Positions 10,557 through 23,971 of a stretch of 64,000 nt of DNA are shown in pieces. The stretch comes from Eledone cirrhosa (taxonomy: Eukaryota), in contig OZ024753.1 of assembly GCA_964016885.1 (NCBI GenBank), forward strand, positions 13,020,001 through 13,084,000, read 5' to 3'. Made by a program: the position numbers and the translations under genes. The notes under the pieces were generated by a model. It did not search any database, was not told the origin of the DNA, and was given only the letters and a program-made list of their open reading frames with translations. Numbering within the stretch: position 1 is the stretch's first letter; each line of letters opens with the position of its first letter.

Positions 10557-12103
10557 AAATACATACATACATACAGACATACATGGTGGCTGCCAACTCG
10601 TTTTCGAGAACGGCCACTATTTTATATCCATGTAGGAGAACTCCTACCGATGCGCTGAACGAGTGTGACTTTCTAGTCCAGCCAGCGACTTGAAAACTCT
10701 GGTACAAACACTACACTTGTGACAATTATTGACACATAGTGCTGGGCCCATGGTACCATGTGACGACAAGTGCAGAGAGATCTCCAGATATAAAGCAATG
10801 CCTGTGCCGTGAAGCTTTTATAGTGAGCAAAGGCACTGCACAAAGCCAGTCCCACTCTCTTAACCAATATGATATTTACCAAAAAGAAGAACAAGTCAAC
10901 ATCATTGGATACCATCAGGGTTGCAGGTGTTATATAAGAGTTTTCCTTCTCCTAGAATTCTGCCATGACAAAGGCTAAGGGGTCATCTCTCCCAGGGTGA
11001 TACATACATACATACATACATACATACATACATACATACATACATACATACATACATACATACATACATACATACATACATGATGGCTGCCCCCGCGATA
11101 TCGAGTATGGCCATTGCACGATGTAAGATTATTAATAATTAATTGATTCTATCGTGCAACGCGTGTGCGTGAAGATTTATTTTAAAAGTGAGGAAAGACT
11201 GAGCACTGAGCCAATCCCACTCTCTGAGTGAGAGTAGCTATATCTCGAAAAGAAAAAAAAGATCAATATCATCGGTAACTACTGAACCACAGCTTTTATG
11301 TTGGAGTTATCCCAGTCTCTTGAGTTGCCTTGTCGTAGAAGAATGCCCTTACAAAGGCTAAGAGTAATTCACTTCCAGTGGTTTAACCGCGCGATCGGGT
11401 ATCCATACATGCTTGAGGATAGCTGCACCCTCGTTATCGAGTATGGCCAGTGCATGATGTAACATTATTACTAATTATTAATTAATTCTATCGTGCAATG
11501 CCTGTGTCTGAAGATTTTTTAAAGAAAGGAAAGCCTGTGCACTGAGCCAATCCCACTCTTTGAGCAACAGTAGCTATAACCCGAAAAGAAAAGATCAACA
11601 TCATTGCTAACTACATACATGATGGCTGCAAACTCACGCTAAGAGTATTGCAATCGCTTGTCTGGTTCACATTTGTGAAGCTTAGAATTGGCTTTTCAAG
11701 CTTGCTAGAGACTTATACTCCATGGTACATTGAGACAACTACATACATGACAGATGCAATCTCTGCTAAAAGTCTTACAATCGCTTGTCAGATTACAGAG
11801 TTTCGTCCACTTTTAGACTACGGCCAGCCATAAGGAACCTGCAACATATCCTGAACAATCCCATTCTCTCGACCAATTGCACTCGAACAATTGCACTCGA
11901 CCAATCCCATTCTCTGACCCACACCTAGAAAGGTGTTGTGACAACAAATGGGAACATTTCAATACCAGGTAAAACAATTTTAAAAAGTTACTATTTCGAT
12001 GTCCGTTGACTCTGCTGGGTTCCTCCGACCTACATAAGACATCCATACAGCTACGATTTATTAGTCAGAAATTGCCATTGACACTATTGATATATTTATA
12101 TAA

Positions 12104-12271
12104 CAGTTTCTACTATTGGCACAAGGCCAGCAATTACCCCAGTACATTACTGGTACTTTATTTTATCGAGCCCGCGGGATTTGTACACACACCATAAAGG
12201 GGCGTAACTCTATACTGCAAAGCATGGCCGCCAACCTTTTACTGATACTGCCAATCCCCCGATAATTGATA
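12104..12271 (-). mobile_element. tRNA-derived SINE, internally deleted, with 18-bp TSD; duplicates at 26399-26566 and 40468-40635
   Basis: Reverse complement of the SINE at 61734; flanked by ATTGATATAT(T/C)TATATAA direct repeats. Confidence 0.75.
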
Positions 12272-12326
12272 ATTGATATATCTATATAATACACTGTATC
12301 GGGTGTCATATACGAAAGAAACAAGG

Positions 12327-12398
<72 letters not shown>

Positions 12399-12588
12399 GT
12401 GACTGTGAGTGTGAGTGTGTGGGTGTATGTGTGTGTGTGTGTGTGTGTGAGTGTGACAGTGACTGTGAGTGTGAGTGTATGTGCGTTTACTGTTTTCCAG
12501 TTCTTTCAAGTGTTAAGCAAACCTGTTTCACTCATGTAATGTGCCCTTTGTTTTATTACTTTTAAATATATATATATATATATTAGTA

Positions 12589-12631
<43 letters not shown>

Positions 12632-12634
12632 TAG

Positions 12635-12766
<132 letters not shown>

Positions 12767-12804
12767 CATATATATATATATAAGTATGTATATATTTAAG
12801 TATG

Positions 12805-12924
12805 TACTTATATTTAAGTAACAACCGTACTAAGAGTGAGAAATGAAATTTCGTTTCATTTTTCCGTTGATATATTTATATATATATTAGTATGTATATA
12901 TATATATATATATATATAAATTAG

Positions 12925-13023
<99 letters not shown>

Positions 13024-13070
13024 TAGTATGTGTATAAATATATATATATATATATTAGTATGTATATATT

Positions 13071-13132
<62 letters not shown>

Positions 13133-13195
13133 CGGAAAAAATTAAACGATATTTCATTTCCCACTCTTAGTACGGCTGTTACTTAAATATAAGTA
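12805..13195. repeat. About 65-bp imperfect inverted repeats enclosing a (TA)n tract, MITE-like; also about 27172-27530 and 41171-41503, with lone right arms near 50590 and 56840
   Basis: TACTTATATTTAAGTAACAACCGTACTAAGAGTGAGAAATGAAAT..TTTTCCGTT versus its reverse complement at 13131-13195. Confidence 0.75.
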
Positions 13196-13447
13196 TGTAC
13201 ACGTACATACATATATGTATACCGACGTACAGTAGTATGTATATATATATATACATACATGCACACATATATATATGCACGTATGGATTCATGTATATAT
13301 ATGTATGCATATATATATATGTATGCATATATATATGTATGCATATATATATATGTATGCATATATATATATGTGTGCATGTATGTATATATATATATAT
13401 ACATACTACTGTACGTCGGTATACATATATGTATGTACGTGTACATA

Positions 13448-13515
<68 letters not shown>

Positions 13516-13767
13516 TATGTATATATATATATATAAGTATGTATATATATATTTATTAGTATGTATATATATATCAGTATCTATATATATATATATATAT
13601 ATTAGTATATATATATATATATTGTTAAACTTTGGGAGGGTCATGTTGCCAATAAGAACCACACGCACCAGATGTTTCACTTCAATTTATTATAATAAAT
13701 TAAGGAATTTAGGAAATTATAAATTTCCGGTTGGTTGGTTCCACAACCAGATGATTGTTTATATATT

Positions 13768-13810
13768 GTCAAAGTTCTTTCGTCACACATTATGTGACCT
13801 CTTCAGTGAC
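13768..13810 (-). ncRNA. Hammerhead motif in the inverted pLTR; also 28082-28124 and 42024-42066
   Basis: Reverse complement reads GTCA CTGAAGA G GTCACA TAATG TGTGAC GAAA GAAC TT TGAC, with a perfect 6-bp stem II. Confidence 0.7.
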
Positions 13811-13977
13811 TGGGGATTATTTTCTTTGTTTTTGTGCCTCTCCTTTGTTCTGTCCTACGCCATCTTTTTTTGTGTGTGTTTTGACAACACAGAAATATAT
13901 GTATGTATATATACATATATATATATATATGTATATATATATAAATATATATTAGTATGTATATATATACAATGTTT

Positions 13978-14010
<33 letters not shown>

Positions 14011-14170
14011 CAATGTTTATATATATGTATATATGTGTATATATATATTTATATATATATATATTAGTATATGCATATATATATAGATATATAGATATAT
14101 ATGTATTAGTATATATATATATATATTAGTATATATATATATATATATATATTAGTATATATATATATTA

Positions 14171-14205
<35 letters not shown>

Positions 14206-14241
14206 CATATTATTATGTTAGTATGTATATATATAAATATA

Positions 14242-14316
<75 letters not shown>

Positions 14317-17300
14317 ATATATACATATACATATATATATACATATACATATACACGGCAATAGATGACGATGAGTTATCTGTATTACTTCTACCACCGA
14401 AATTTGCGACATTCAAGAAGGTAAATATGATTAGTTGTCTGTCAGAAATAGAAAAATCATTTACAAAATTACGTTGGAGTCTCAAAAACAAAAACAAAAA
14501 CAAAAGTAACAATATACGCACACACATATACAACACATATCCCAACAACAACAGACACACAGACACAAACAACAATAACAACAACACACACACCAACAAT
14601 AATAAAATACCCAGAAACAACAACAACAGACACGCAGACACAAACAACAATAATAACACACACGGAGACAACAACAACACACATCAACAACAGCACACAT
14701 CAACAACAACAACACACACATGTTCAATGCCTCTCACCACCACCACAATCTTAACAAACACACGGACACAGAAAACAAGTAATGACAGTAACACAGAAAT
14801 CACAGAAATATGGGAAAGTAATAGGATTAAAAGGAGAAGGGAGACTATGGACAAAGAAAATAACCAAGACGAACACACAGACACACAAAATAGAGTAGAT
14901 AATAACAATGAGCCAGTGGAAAGAGACAGGAGTAATTATGAGAGACATAGAAACAACCATGAGGCTGTTGGTGGAAATAGAAATAGAAATAGAAACAACA
15001 CAACTAACAATAACAATAGCACTAGTAGACATAAAGCAGCAGCCTGGAACTCTACATTTTATAATCCCTCCGATAAGTCGTTCGACCTGCGACGAGTCCA
15101 CGCCACGACTTTACCATTTAACAAACGCACGCAATTGCCGTAGCAGGTCGATGAACAAACAGAAGCACAATTTAGTATAGCTAAATCCGAACTTAGAAAT
15201 ATTATAGAACAGTATAGCAAGAAGCATAATAGAATGGAGGCCCAGCAACTGGGAGAAAAATCTGCAAATGGCTTGCGTAAGCTCATGCAGCGCTCACGTA
15301 ATGGAGAGATAGCATGCTTCCCAACAGACAAGTCTGGCAGAATGTCGGTTGACAGCCTGCCAAACTACATCCAGGCAATGCAACCCCACATCACTAACAC
15401 AAGAGAGGTAATACCACAGGAGCATGAGGATAGAGAAAAAGCCCTCAATGCTCATATGGTGATGTGGACGAATATAATGCAGCCCAACAAAAGGACTGCC
15501 AACAACTTTCAGGCGTGGAACAATGACGTGCCGGCGTTGTATGGGCTTCGAAAAGACCATAAAACGGGCAGTGACCCTGTCACGGGACCACCAACACGGC
15601 CAGTGTGTGGGGCTAACAATGCTAGTAACTACAAACTGTCCTACTTCCTCTCCCTGATCATACGCCCCATCATTGAAATGTCCCCAGATGTATGTGACAG
15701 CACGGAGGACCTCCTCAGCAGAATTCCGCGAGAGTAACCGATCTAGGGACCTAACAAACTGCATAATAGGTAGTATGGATGTTGTGTCCCTATTGACGTG
15801 GATTTTGCTGTGGAGAAATGCGTAGAAATGATCAGTGAGAGCAATTTTGAGTTCCGAGGGATTGATACCAGTGAGCTGGGACTCCTATTTAAACTTACCT
15901 ATAGTAATAATTACCTAGACACATATGACCTTAGCAACATGTGCCCTACAAGACCAGCAAGAGGCAGACCACCTACCATTACCTCAATGGCCAAGAAAAC
16001 CCACACAGATAGATGGAACGGGTGGACCAGAGCCATACGGACACCCGGAAACTACGATGAACTGAAGAAAATGATTGCACATGCGGTAGGGGCCAGCATA
16101 AAACTAACCCTTAAGGAACATATGTTCAAATTTAATGGAAAAACATATGCCCAAGAGGAAGGAGCAGCTATTGGTGTTAGCATTGCAGGCGACATAGCTA
16201 ACTTATTCATGGTATGGTGGGACAGTAGACTTAAACTTAAACTTAAAGAACATTTAGAAGACCCCTTAACCCTGATAATGTACTCCCGCTACGTTGATGA
16301 TATAAACATCGTAGTTAAGACACCCCACTAGAGAACAGTCAGGAACTAGAGAAAAACACAATGGAAAGCATCCAGCAAATAGCTAACTCCATCCACCAGA
16401 GTATTAGAGTTACTATAGACCACCCAAGTAAACACACCAACCATCGATTACCTGTACTAGACACAGAGCTCTGGTTAGAAACCATTAATAACAAAAAACA
16501 AATCCTCCATTCCCATTATGCCAAACCCATGACTTCCAAACATCTGATCCACCGAAACTCGACTGTTTCGGACCATACCAAAATCAACATACTGATTGCG
16601 GATTTGGTACTGGTGATGAGAAACGTGTCCCGCATGTGCAACCCCGAAGAACTAGAGAGACACATACAACACTTCATCCACCGTATGCAGTTCTCTGGTT
16701 ACAATCAGAGAGATAGAATCAGAGTGTATAGAGGAGCCAGTACCAAATGGGAAAAAATGGTAAATAATGACACAAATGGGACCTGCCCCTTGTATAGGAG
16801 CGAATTTTGGAATAGAATAGAAAGAACTAGGAATAAGGCTAATAGAAGAAACTCATGGTATGATAGCAATAAATACCAGAGTGTAATGTTCATCGATACA
16901 ACCCCTAGAGGTGAATTAGCTTACAAATTTAGAAGGGCCCTAGATAAACATAAACTCAATATTAAGATAGTAGAAAGACCAGGTACCTCCGTAAAAACAC
17001 TTATTAGCAAGACATACCCTTTCCAAAGACCCCCTGTATAGATAAGAAATGTATAACCTGTAAAATAAGCCCCCATATTAACTGTAAAACTAGAAATGTA
17101 GTGTATAGCATAAAATGTACTGAAGGACAATGTAGAGACAAAAATATAGTGTACATAGGTGAGACAGCTCGTAGTGTAGGGGAACGGATAAATGAACACT
17201 GGCGAGACCTTCAAGATAGTAAAGAATCATCTGTACTCTACCAACATGCTAAAATAGAACACAAGGGTAAATTAGAGAACATAGGAATAAAAATAGAATC

Positions 17301-17617
17301 TACACACATAAAAGACGCAATGTTTATACAAATCACAGAGGCAATAAACATAAAAGAATTACAACCAAAATTAAATAGAAAATATGAGTGGAACAGCAAC
17401 ATCACAACTTACAATTAAGAACAAAATGAAAACACACACACACACAGAACAAACAACCAACCGGTAACATGTAAATAAACAAATAAATAAACAATTATAA
17501 ACACACACAGACACCCGGATGTGGCGCATGCGCAGACTGAGCACACAACACACACAGAAACAAAATGGCGTAGGACAGAACAAAGGAGAGGCACAAAAAC
17601 AAAGAAAAGAATCCCCA

Positions 17618-17660
17618 GTCACTGAAGAGGTCACAGAATGTTTGACGAAAGAACTTTGAC
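17618..17660 (+). ncRNA. Type I minimal hammerhead ribozyme motif in the pLTR; also 31941-31983 and 45886-45928
   Basis: GTCA-CTGAAGA-G-GTCA..TGAC-GAAA-GAAC-TT-TGAC: stem I GTCA/TGAC, conserved core, stem II. Confidence 0.65.
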
Positions 17661-17954
17661 AATATATAAACAACTATCTGGTTGTGGAACCAACCAACCA
17701 ACCAACCAGAAATTTGTAAATTCCTAAATTTATGAATTTATTATAATAAATTGAAGTGAAAGCAAAGGTGCGTGTGTTTCTTATTGGCAACATGACCCTC
17801 CCAAAGTATAACAATATCGGTTTCAACACACGATTTCAGATAAAGAATCTTGCTAAACAAATTCAGAAACGAAATATATATACATATATATACATATATA
17901 CACATATATATAGATATATATATATATGTATATATGTGTATGTATATATATATA

Positions 17955-18482
17955 ATAAGGGTTGACGGACACAGCATATTTATCAACGCCAGTACCGGTT
18001 GTATGTGAGGGCACTCAATGGGCAATGTAAGATACATTACCAGAGTATACACATAGTTATTTGCCTCAACACAACACACGGGTGCCTATAAGGTTCCTGG
18101 ACTCGAGTTTCTGTAGCACTAATGCAGTAGTAAGGTGCACTGCACCAGCTGCCTGCATATATTATGCAACAATGCACAATCAGCTTATGCTGCTTCATCA
18201 GCGGGTAACGCCTAATCAATAACCAATCGATCGACATAATCCAAATAATATTCATTTAGATGATACACACAGTGATATGAAGAAAAGCTTTGATGTATAT
18301 ATATATATACATACATCAAAGCTTTTCTCCATATCACTTGTTCTATCATCTGAATGAATATTATTTGATTACCTAGCAACGATTACACAGCTTATCAGGA
18401 CTTTATCTAGCTTGTCAGCTTTAGCTTCTCGAACGACTAGCAAACACTTAAAGAAATACAGCTCGTCTCTCTGATTTTCGAA
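17955..18482 (+). promoter_or_regulatory. Conserved upstream block (candidate promoter/5' UTR) repeated before each fully visible GR-like exon
   Basis: About 530 bp retained in units 2-6 even though the rest of the spacers differ; no function shown. Confidence 0.35.
18242..18367. repeat. Inverted repeat around a (TA)n loop, ending about 115 bp upstream of each GR-like ATG; also 32565-32690, 46509-46698, 52072-52213, 58093-58272, and the right arm at 1-48
   Basis: CAAATAATATTCATTTAGATGATA..AGTGATATGAAGAAAAGCTTTGATGTAT versus ATACATCAAAGCTTTTCTCCATATCACT..TATCATCTGAATGAATATTATTTG. Confidence 0.85.
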
Positions 18483-19472
18483 ATGCATCAGATTACAAGT
18501 ATTGAAGAAGGCCAACACAGTGAAAGCTTGAAAATAAAAGACACGATATTTTTCAAGTTCCTGAAATATTATTTAGAACATAATTATATGAGATTAAGTG
18601 AAATGATATCTTTACTGAAATCACACACGTTCAAAGCATTGGGTTTGCTAGCTATTTATATTGTGGTCTTTATATATTTGATTCTAAACCCTATTTGCCT
18701 CATTGTTAAATTAACAACATTAAAAGGTATACCTGCTGCCAACATGTTTATGTATGTCTACATTACATTTTGCTGGTGTATAATTTCTGTCCTATGTTTA
18801 ATGAAATATTTCAAAGAACCTCATTTCAAGGACTTAATTGAAATATTCTCCAAAATTGAAATTGAAGAGAAAGATGGAAAACTGTACGGTTTCATATATT
18901 CATATAAGTCATTTTGTATATTTGTAGCTATGTATACTATTTCTGTCATAATTACAGAGCTCATAATACCTATTTTTACTGAAGACAGGGATCTGTTGGA
19001 TTTTCTAATATTTCAAATGACGATGGATTATAAGTACCTCATAGTAATTTTAAGATGTACACTACAAACACTTTCCACTGTACCGCTGATGATTGATGTG
19101 TATATAAGCATTATACTTCAGCATAATGTTACTCATGAGTTTAACAAACTGGCCAAGGAGGCTGAAGGGTACGTAAAGGTAATGCAATCCCCCAATTCGG
19201 ATGCTATCAAGATACATGAAGAGATTAAAGAAATATGCAACAGACATGATAAACTGAGTTCATCACTGAGATTATTAAATGATTATTTTCAGTATATTTT
19301 AGGATTTCTCGTATTTGGTAGTATTCTTAGTTGTTGTCTTACAACTTACGGAATAATAAATAACTTATTACAAAATCATACGGATTCATACATTTATGTA
19401 TTACTTATGGCGTTCATCTTCCTGTCTTACTGGATTATACTAGTTTTGTTGGGCCTCCGTTTACATATATCG
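18483..19472 (+). CDS. GR-like coding exon, copy 2
   Basis: Same 990-nt length, near-identical to copy 1, same TCG|GTAAGT donor. Confidence 0.75.
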
Positions 19473-20080
19473 GTAAGTCTATATATAAATTTCTGTGATT
19501 CTGTCACAACACGTAAAGAGAGAGGAGTATTTGATTACCTCATACTACTCCTCTCTGTTTATGTCTGCTGACTGCGTGAATGTATGTGTGTGTAAAAGGA
19601 AGGCAGGAGGTGGTGAAAAACTATAGTGGTTGGCGTTCAACTTGTTATGCTGCACATGCGTGTATGTTTGTGTGAATGTAAGTGTGTGTGTTTATGTGGA
19701 TGTATATCTAGATGTGCGTGTGTGTATGTGTTTGTGTGAATGTATGTGTGTGTGTTTATCTGAATGTATATCTAGATGTGCGTGTGTGTATGTGTTTGTT
19801 TGAATGTGTGTTTGTGTGAATGTATGTATGTGTTTTCATGAATGTATGTGTGTGTTTGTGTTAATGAATGTCTAAATACGTATTTTTTTAAGTGTGTCCA
19901 TGTTTGCACGTTTATATTAATATACTCTTACATATAAATGTATGTATATGCATATACACACATGCGCGTCAGCGTGTTGAATAATTTTGTATAATATCTA
20001 TACATTAAGCATTCTGTCAATACCTGATTTTATACACAAGTGTATTTGTATGAGACACAGTTTTCTGTAGTTTATCCTCA

Positions 20081-20216
20081 CCCCTTCCTTACTCAGTCAT
20101 ATCTAGTGCCTGACGTCATCAGACTTCCTTCCTCAGTCATATCTAGTGCGTTACGTAATCAACCCTTCCTTCCTCAATCATCTCTAGTACGTAACTTCAT
20201 CAGCCCTTCCTCACCT
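20081..20216. repeat. About 41-bp degenerate minisatellite (about 3.3 units) with TGACGTCA/TTACGTAA palindromes; also near 34405, 48262, 53864 and 59922
   Basis: Unit CCCTTCCTT(A/C)CTCAGTCATATCTAGTGC(C/G)T(G/T)ACGT(C/A)ATCA. Confidence 0.75.
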
Positions 20217-21212
20217 CAACCGGTCTGATATTGTTGTTTGACCACACATTGAAAACGTGCTCTGTTGTAGAGATCAGCTAGGCACTTGATGTCAACGTCG
20301 TAAGAAAAATACAACAGAAGGAGGACATCTACGGACCATTGATGAAGAGTTTGCAGATCAAGTATCCAAGATACACTTTCAGTTTCATACCCATCATCAT
20401 TGGAGCTACAGGTTATATACCAGCCCGTTTGGACCAAAGTTCTAGCTGAACCTAGATTTGAGGATAAAGAACGCACATCCCTACTTCATAGACTACAAAT
20501 GGCTGCGATTGCTGGCACCTTCAAAATCTGCAAAACATTCTTGCGATTCAAGGGATGACAATTTCTTTTCTTTTCTTACAACCTTGCCACCAGGAAGTTG
20601 GCCGGTCAAAAGTGTACTCGAAATTAGGAGAAAGAGAAACATACATACATACCTATCGAATAATACATACATATGTACATACATACATACATACATACAT
20701 ACATACATACATACATACATACATACATACATACATACATAACAGGAGAAGGAGGACATCTACGGACCATTGATGAGGAGTTTACAAATCCAGTATCCAA
20801 GATGCATCTTTAGCTTCATACCCATCATTATTGGAGCTACGGGTTATATACCAACCCGCTTGGACCAAAGTATGACTGAACTTGGATTTGCGGACAAAAA
20901 GCGCAGCTCCCTAATTCATAGTCTTCAAATGGCTGCGATAGCTGGCACCTTCAAAATTTGCAAAACATTCTTGCGATTCAAGGGATGACAATTTCTTTTC
21001 TTTTACAACCTTGTCGCCAGGAAGGTGGCCGGTCAAAAAAAATATACTCGAAATTAAGAGAAAAAGATAACACACATACATACATACCTATCCAATAATA
21101 CATACATATATACATACGTACATACATACATACCTATCCAATAATACGTACATATGTACATACGTACATACATACATACATACATACATACATACATACA
21201 TACATACATACA

Positions 21213-21245
<33 letters not shown>

Positions 21246-21968
21246 CTACCAAATATCTGCTGTACTACCATATATCTGCTGCACAAAAGGGGAGGGCCAT
21301 CAGCTAACAATAAATGTAGGCTATGATAAACAAAGATCGAGGATTTAGGACACATTGTTGCCAGCTGCGAAAGAATGTCATCTCGCTACTACCTCCCCAT
21401 GAGACACAATGGGATAGCTAGAACCATCTGGAACGCACTTCGGAAAACAAAATTAACAACAACCGAGGAAGAATATATTGAGACAGTTGGCTCTAAGGAA
21501 TACTGGTGGAACCTGAAAATAAAAACTGCCACCAAATTAAAGCACAACCGGCCTGATATTGTTGTTTGGGACCACACATTGAAAACGTGTTCTGTTGTGG
21601 AGATCAGCTGCTCACTTGATGTAAACGTTGTCAGAAAAATACACGAGAAGGGGGACATCTACGTACCATTGATGAGGAGTTTACAAATCCAGTATCCAAG
21701 ATACACCTTTAGCTTCATACCCATCATTATTGAAGCTATGGGTTATATACCAACCCACTTGGACCAAAGTATGACTGAACTTGGATTTGCGGACAAAGAG
21801 CGCAGCTCCCTAATTCATAGTCTACAAATGGCTGCGATAGCTGGCACCTTCAAAATTTGCAAAACATTCTTGCGATTCAAGGGATGACAATTTCTTTTCT
21901 TTTACAACCTTGCCACCAGGATGTTGGCCTGTCAAAAAATATACTCGAAATTAAGAGAAAGAGATAAC
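20217..21968 (+). mobile_element. Three stacked 5'-truncated family A RLE fragments separated by (TACA)n (20217-20640, 20742-21071, 21245-21968)
   Basis: Each matches the 3' end of the 4759-8268 ORF (KTFLRFKG*) plus its 3' UTR. Confidence 0.9.
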
Positions 21969-22005
21969 ATATATACATACATACATACATACATACATAC
22001 ATACA

Positions 22006-22039
<34 letters not shown>

Positions 22040-23940
22040 CATACATACATACATATTAATAGTTACACACATACATATGTACACATACTCATACAATTCG
22101 AAACATTCACATCCACACATACAATAACATCCATACCTCCACACACATACATGCAGACAAGCATACATATCTAGCTAGTTGATGTTGGGTAAATTCCAAT
22201 GGGAGAGTCCTGTATCTATGTTAGAAACAAACTCTCTCTCTATTGGTAAAAATTTATAAAATTATAATACCAGAAGTGCATACATAAATACATGCATACA
22301 TACATGCATGCATACATTCATGCATGCATACATGCATGCATACATACATGCATACATACATATATGTATACATACATACTTGCTCGCATGCATGCATACA
22401 TATATACATACATACGAAATACCTGATTCACAAAAGAGATAGGGATGCCGGCAAAACACCTAGATGTGACAAGTGCAGACTCTGCAGAATTAACATCGAA
22501 GATGACACCCATGTCAGAAGCAGCTCCCCAAAGATGTCATCGCGGTACTATCTACCTATTTGGCATGATGTAGTGGCCAAAACACTGTACAATGCAATCT
22601 GTAGAAAAGATAGCCCCGATAATAAACACATTAAAAGCTACAGCAATATGGAGGACATAATATGAAAGGGTACCGGTAGAATGTTCCAGTAAAAACCCCA
22701 ATAAAATGCAGGCATAACAGACCAGATATAATTATATGGGACAGGTGGAAGAAGGCATGCACAGTAGTGGAAGTTAGCTACACAGCAGATGCCAATACAA
22801 TATCAAACATTAGCGAAAAGTGATTATTGGGGAAGTGGAATATGTTGGTAACTGCCTCAATAAAAGTCTTGAGAAGCTGGGCTTCACAGGAACAGAAAGA
22901 ACACAACTAGTTAGGAATTTACAAGTACAATCCATTAATGGAACATTAGAATTATGTAAAACATTCCAAAATTCTGCATCTAATAACCGCATATACAGAT
23001 AAAAAGCATATGCATATGCACACATACAACTCAAACATGCACATCCACAAGTACGATAACATGTATACCTGCACACATATATGCAGCCATGCATACATAT
23101 CTACCTAGTTGATGTTGTGTAAATTCCAATGAGAGCGTCTTGTGTCTATGTTAGAAACCGACTCTCCCTCTCTATCGGCAATTGGAAATTATAAAACCAG
23201 AAGAACATACATACATACATACATACATACATACATACATACATACATACATACATACACGCATGCATGCATTTGTACATACATACATTCATACATACAC
23301 ACATACATACACACATACATTCATACATACACACATACATACACACATACATACATACATGATGGTGGCTGCCAACTCGTTTTCGAGTACGGCCACTACT
23401 TTATATCCATGTAGGAGAACCCCTACCGATGGGCCGAACGAGTGTGACTTTTTAGTCCAGCCAGCGACTTGAAAACTCTGGTAGAAACACTACACTTGTG
23501 ACAATTATTGACACATAGTGCTGGGCCCATGGTACCATGTGGCGACAAGTGCAGAGAGATCACCAGATATAAAGCAATGCCTGTGCCGTGAAGCTTTTAT
23601 AGTGAGCAAAGGCACTGCACAAAGCCAGTCCCACTCTCTTAACCAAGATGATATTTACCAAAATAAAGAACAAGTCAACATCATTGGATACCATCAGGGT
23701 TGCAGGTGTTATATCAGCGTTTTCCTTCTCCTAGAATTCTGCCTTGACTAAGGCTATGGGGTCATCTCTCTCGGTGATTTTGGATGGCCATGACAGGTTT
23801 TATTTTTAGTCCTGCAGGATGTCCAAAGTCACCCTCCTCACCAAGACACCTTGGTGGGTTTGCCAGTTTAGTCGCCAACGACCCGACCATGGGACAGGTT
23901 CCACTGGGATACATGTTACCAGTAACACCAACTGGTGACC

Positions 23941-23971
<31 letters not shown>

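Larger units (their letters stand above)
13621..17875 (+). mobile_element. Penelope-like element, degenerate, copy 1: inverted partial pLTR (13621-13890), (TA)n, body 14354-17875
   Basis: LYGLRKDHK, PTRPV, QEEGAAIG and RYVDD RT motifs; GIY-YIG endonuclease (VYSIKC..VYIGETARS..ERINEH); the 3' terminal sequence recurs inverted upstream; stops and frameshifts. Confidence 0.9.

Noticed and set aside
2278-11100. CRISPR-like array (repeat tracts separated by unique-looking segments)
   Set aside because: The repeats are variable-length microsatellites, the spacers are TE copies, the context is eukaryotic, and there are no cas genes.
12006-12197. ORF containing QLRFISQKLPLTLL as the missing GR C-terminal exon
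   Set aside because: Its second half is an antisense SINE, it has no TM7 motif, and it is absent from the short units.
12501-12539. TTCCAG|TTCTTTCAAGTG..ATGTAA as a terminal micro-exon
   Set aside because: It has a plausible acceptor but encodes only [12 protein letters not shown], is not TM7-like, and is found only in the long units; RNA data would be needed.
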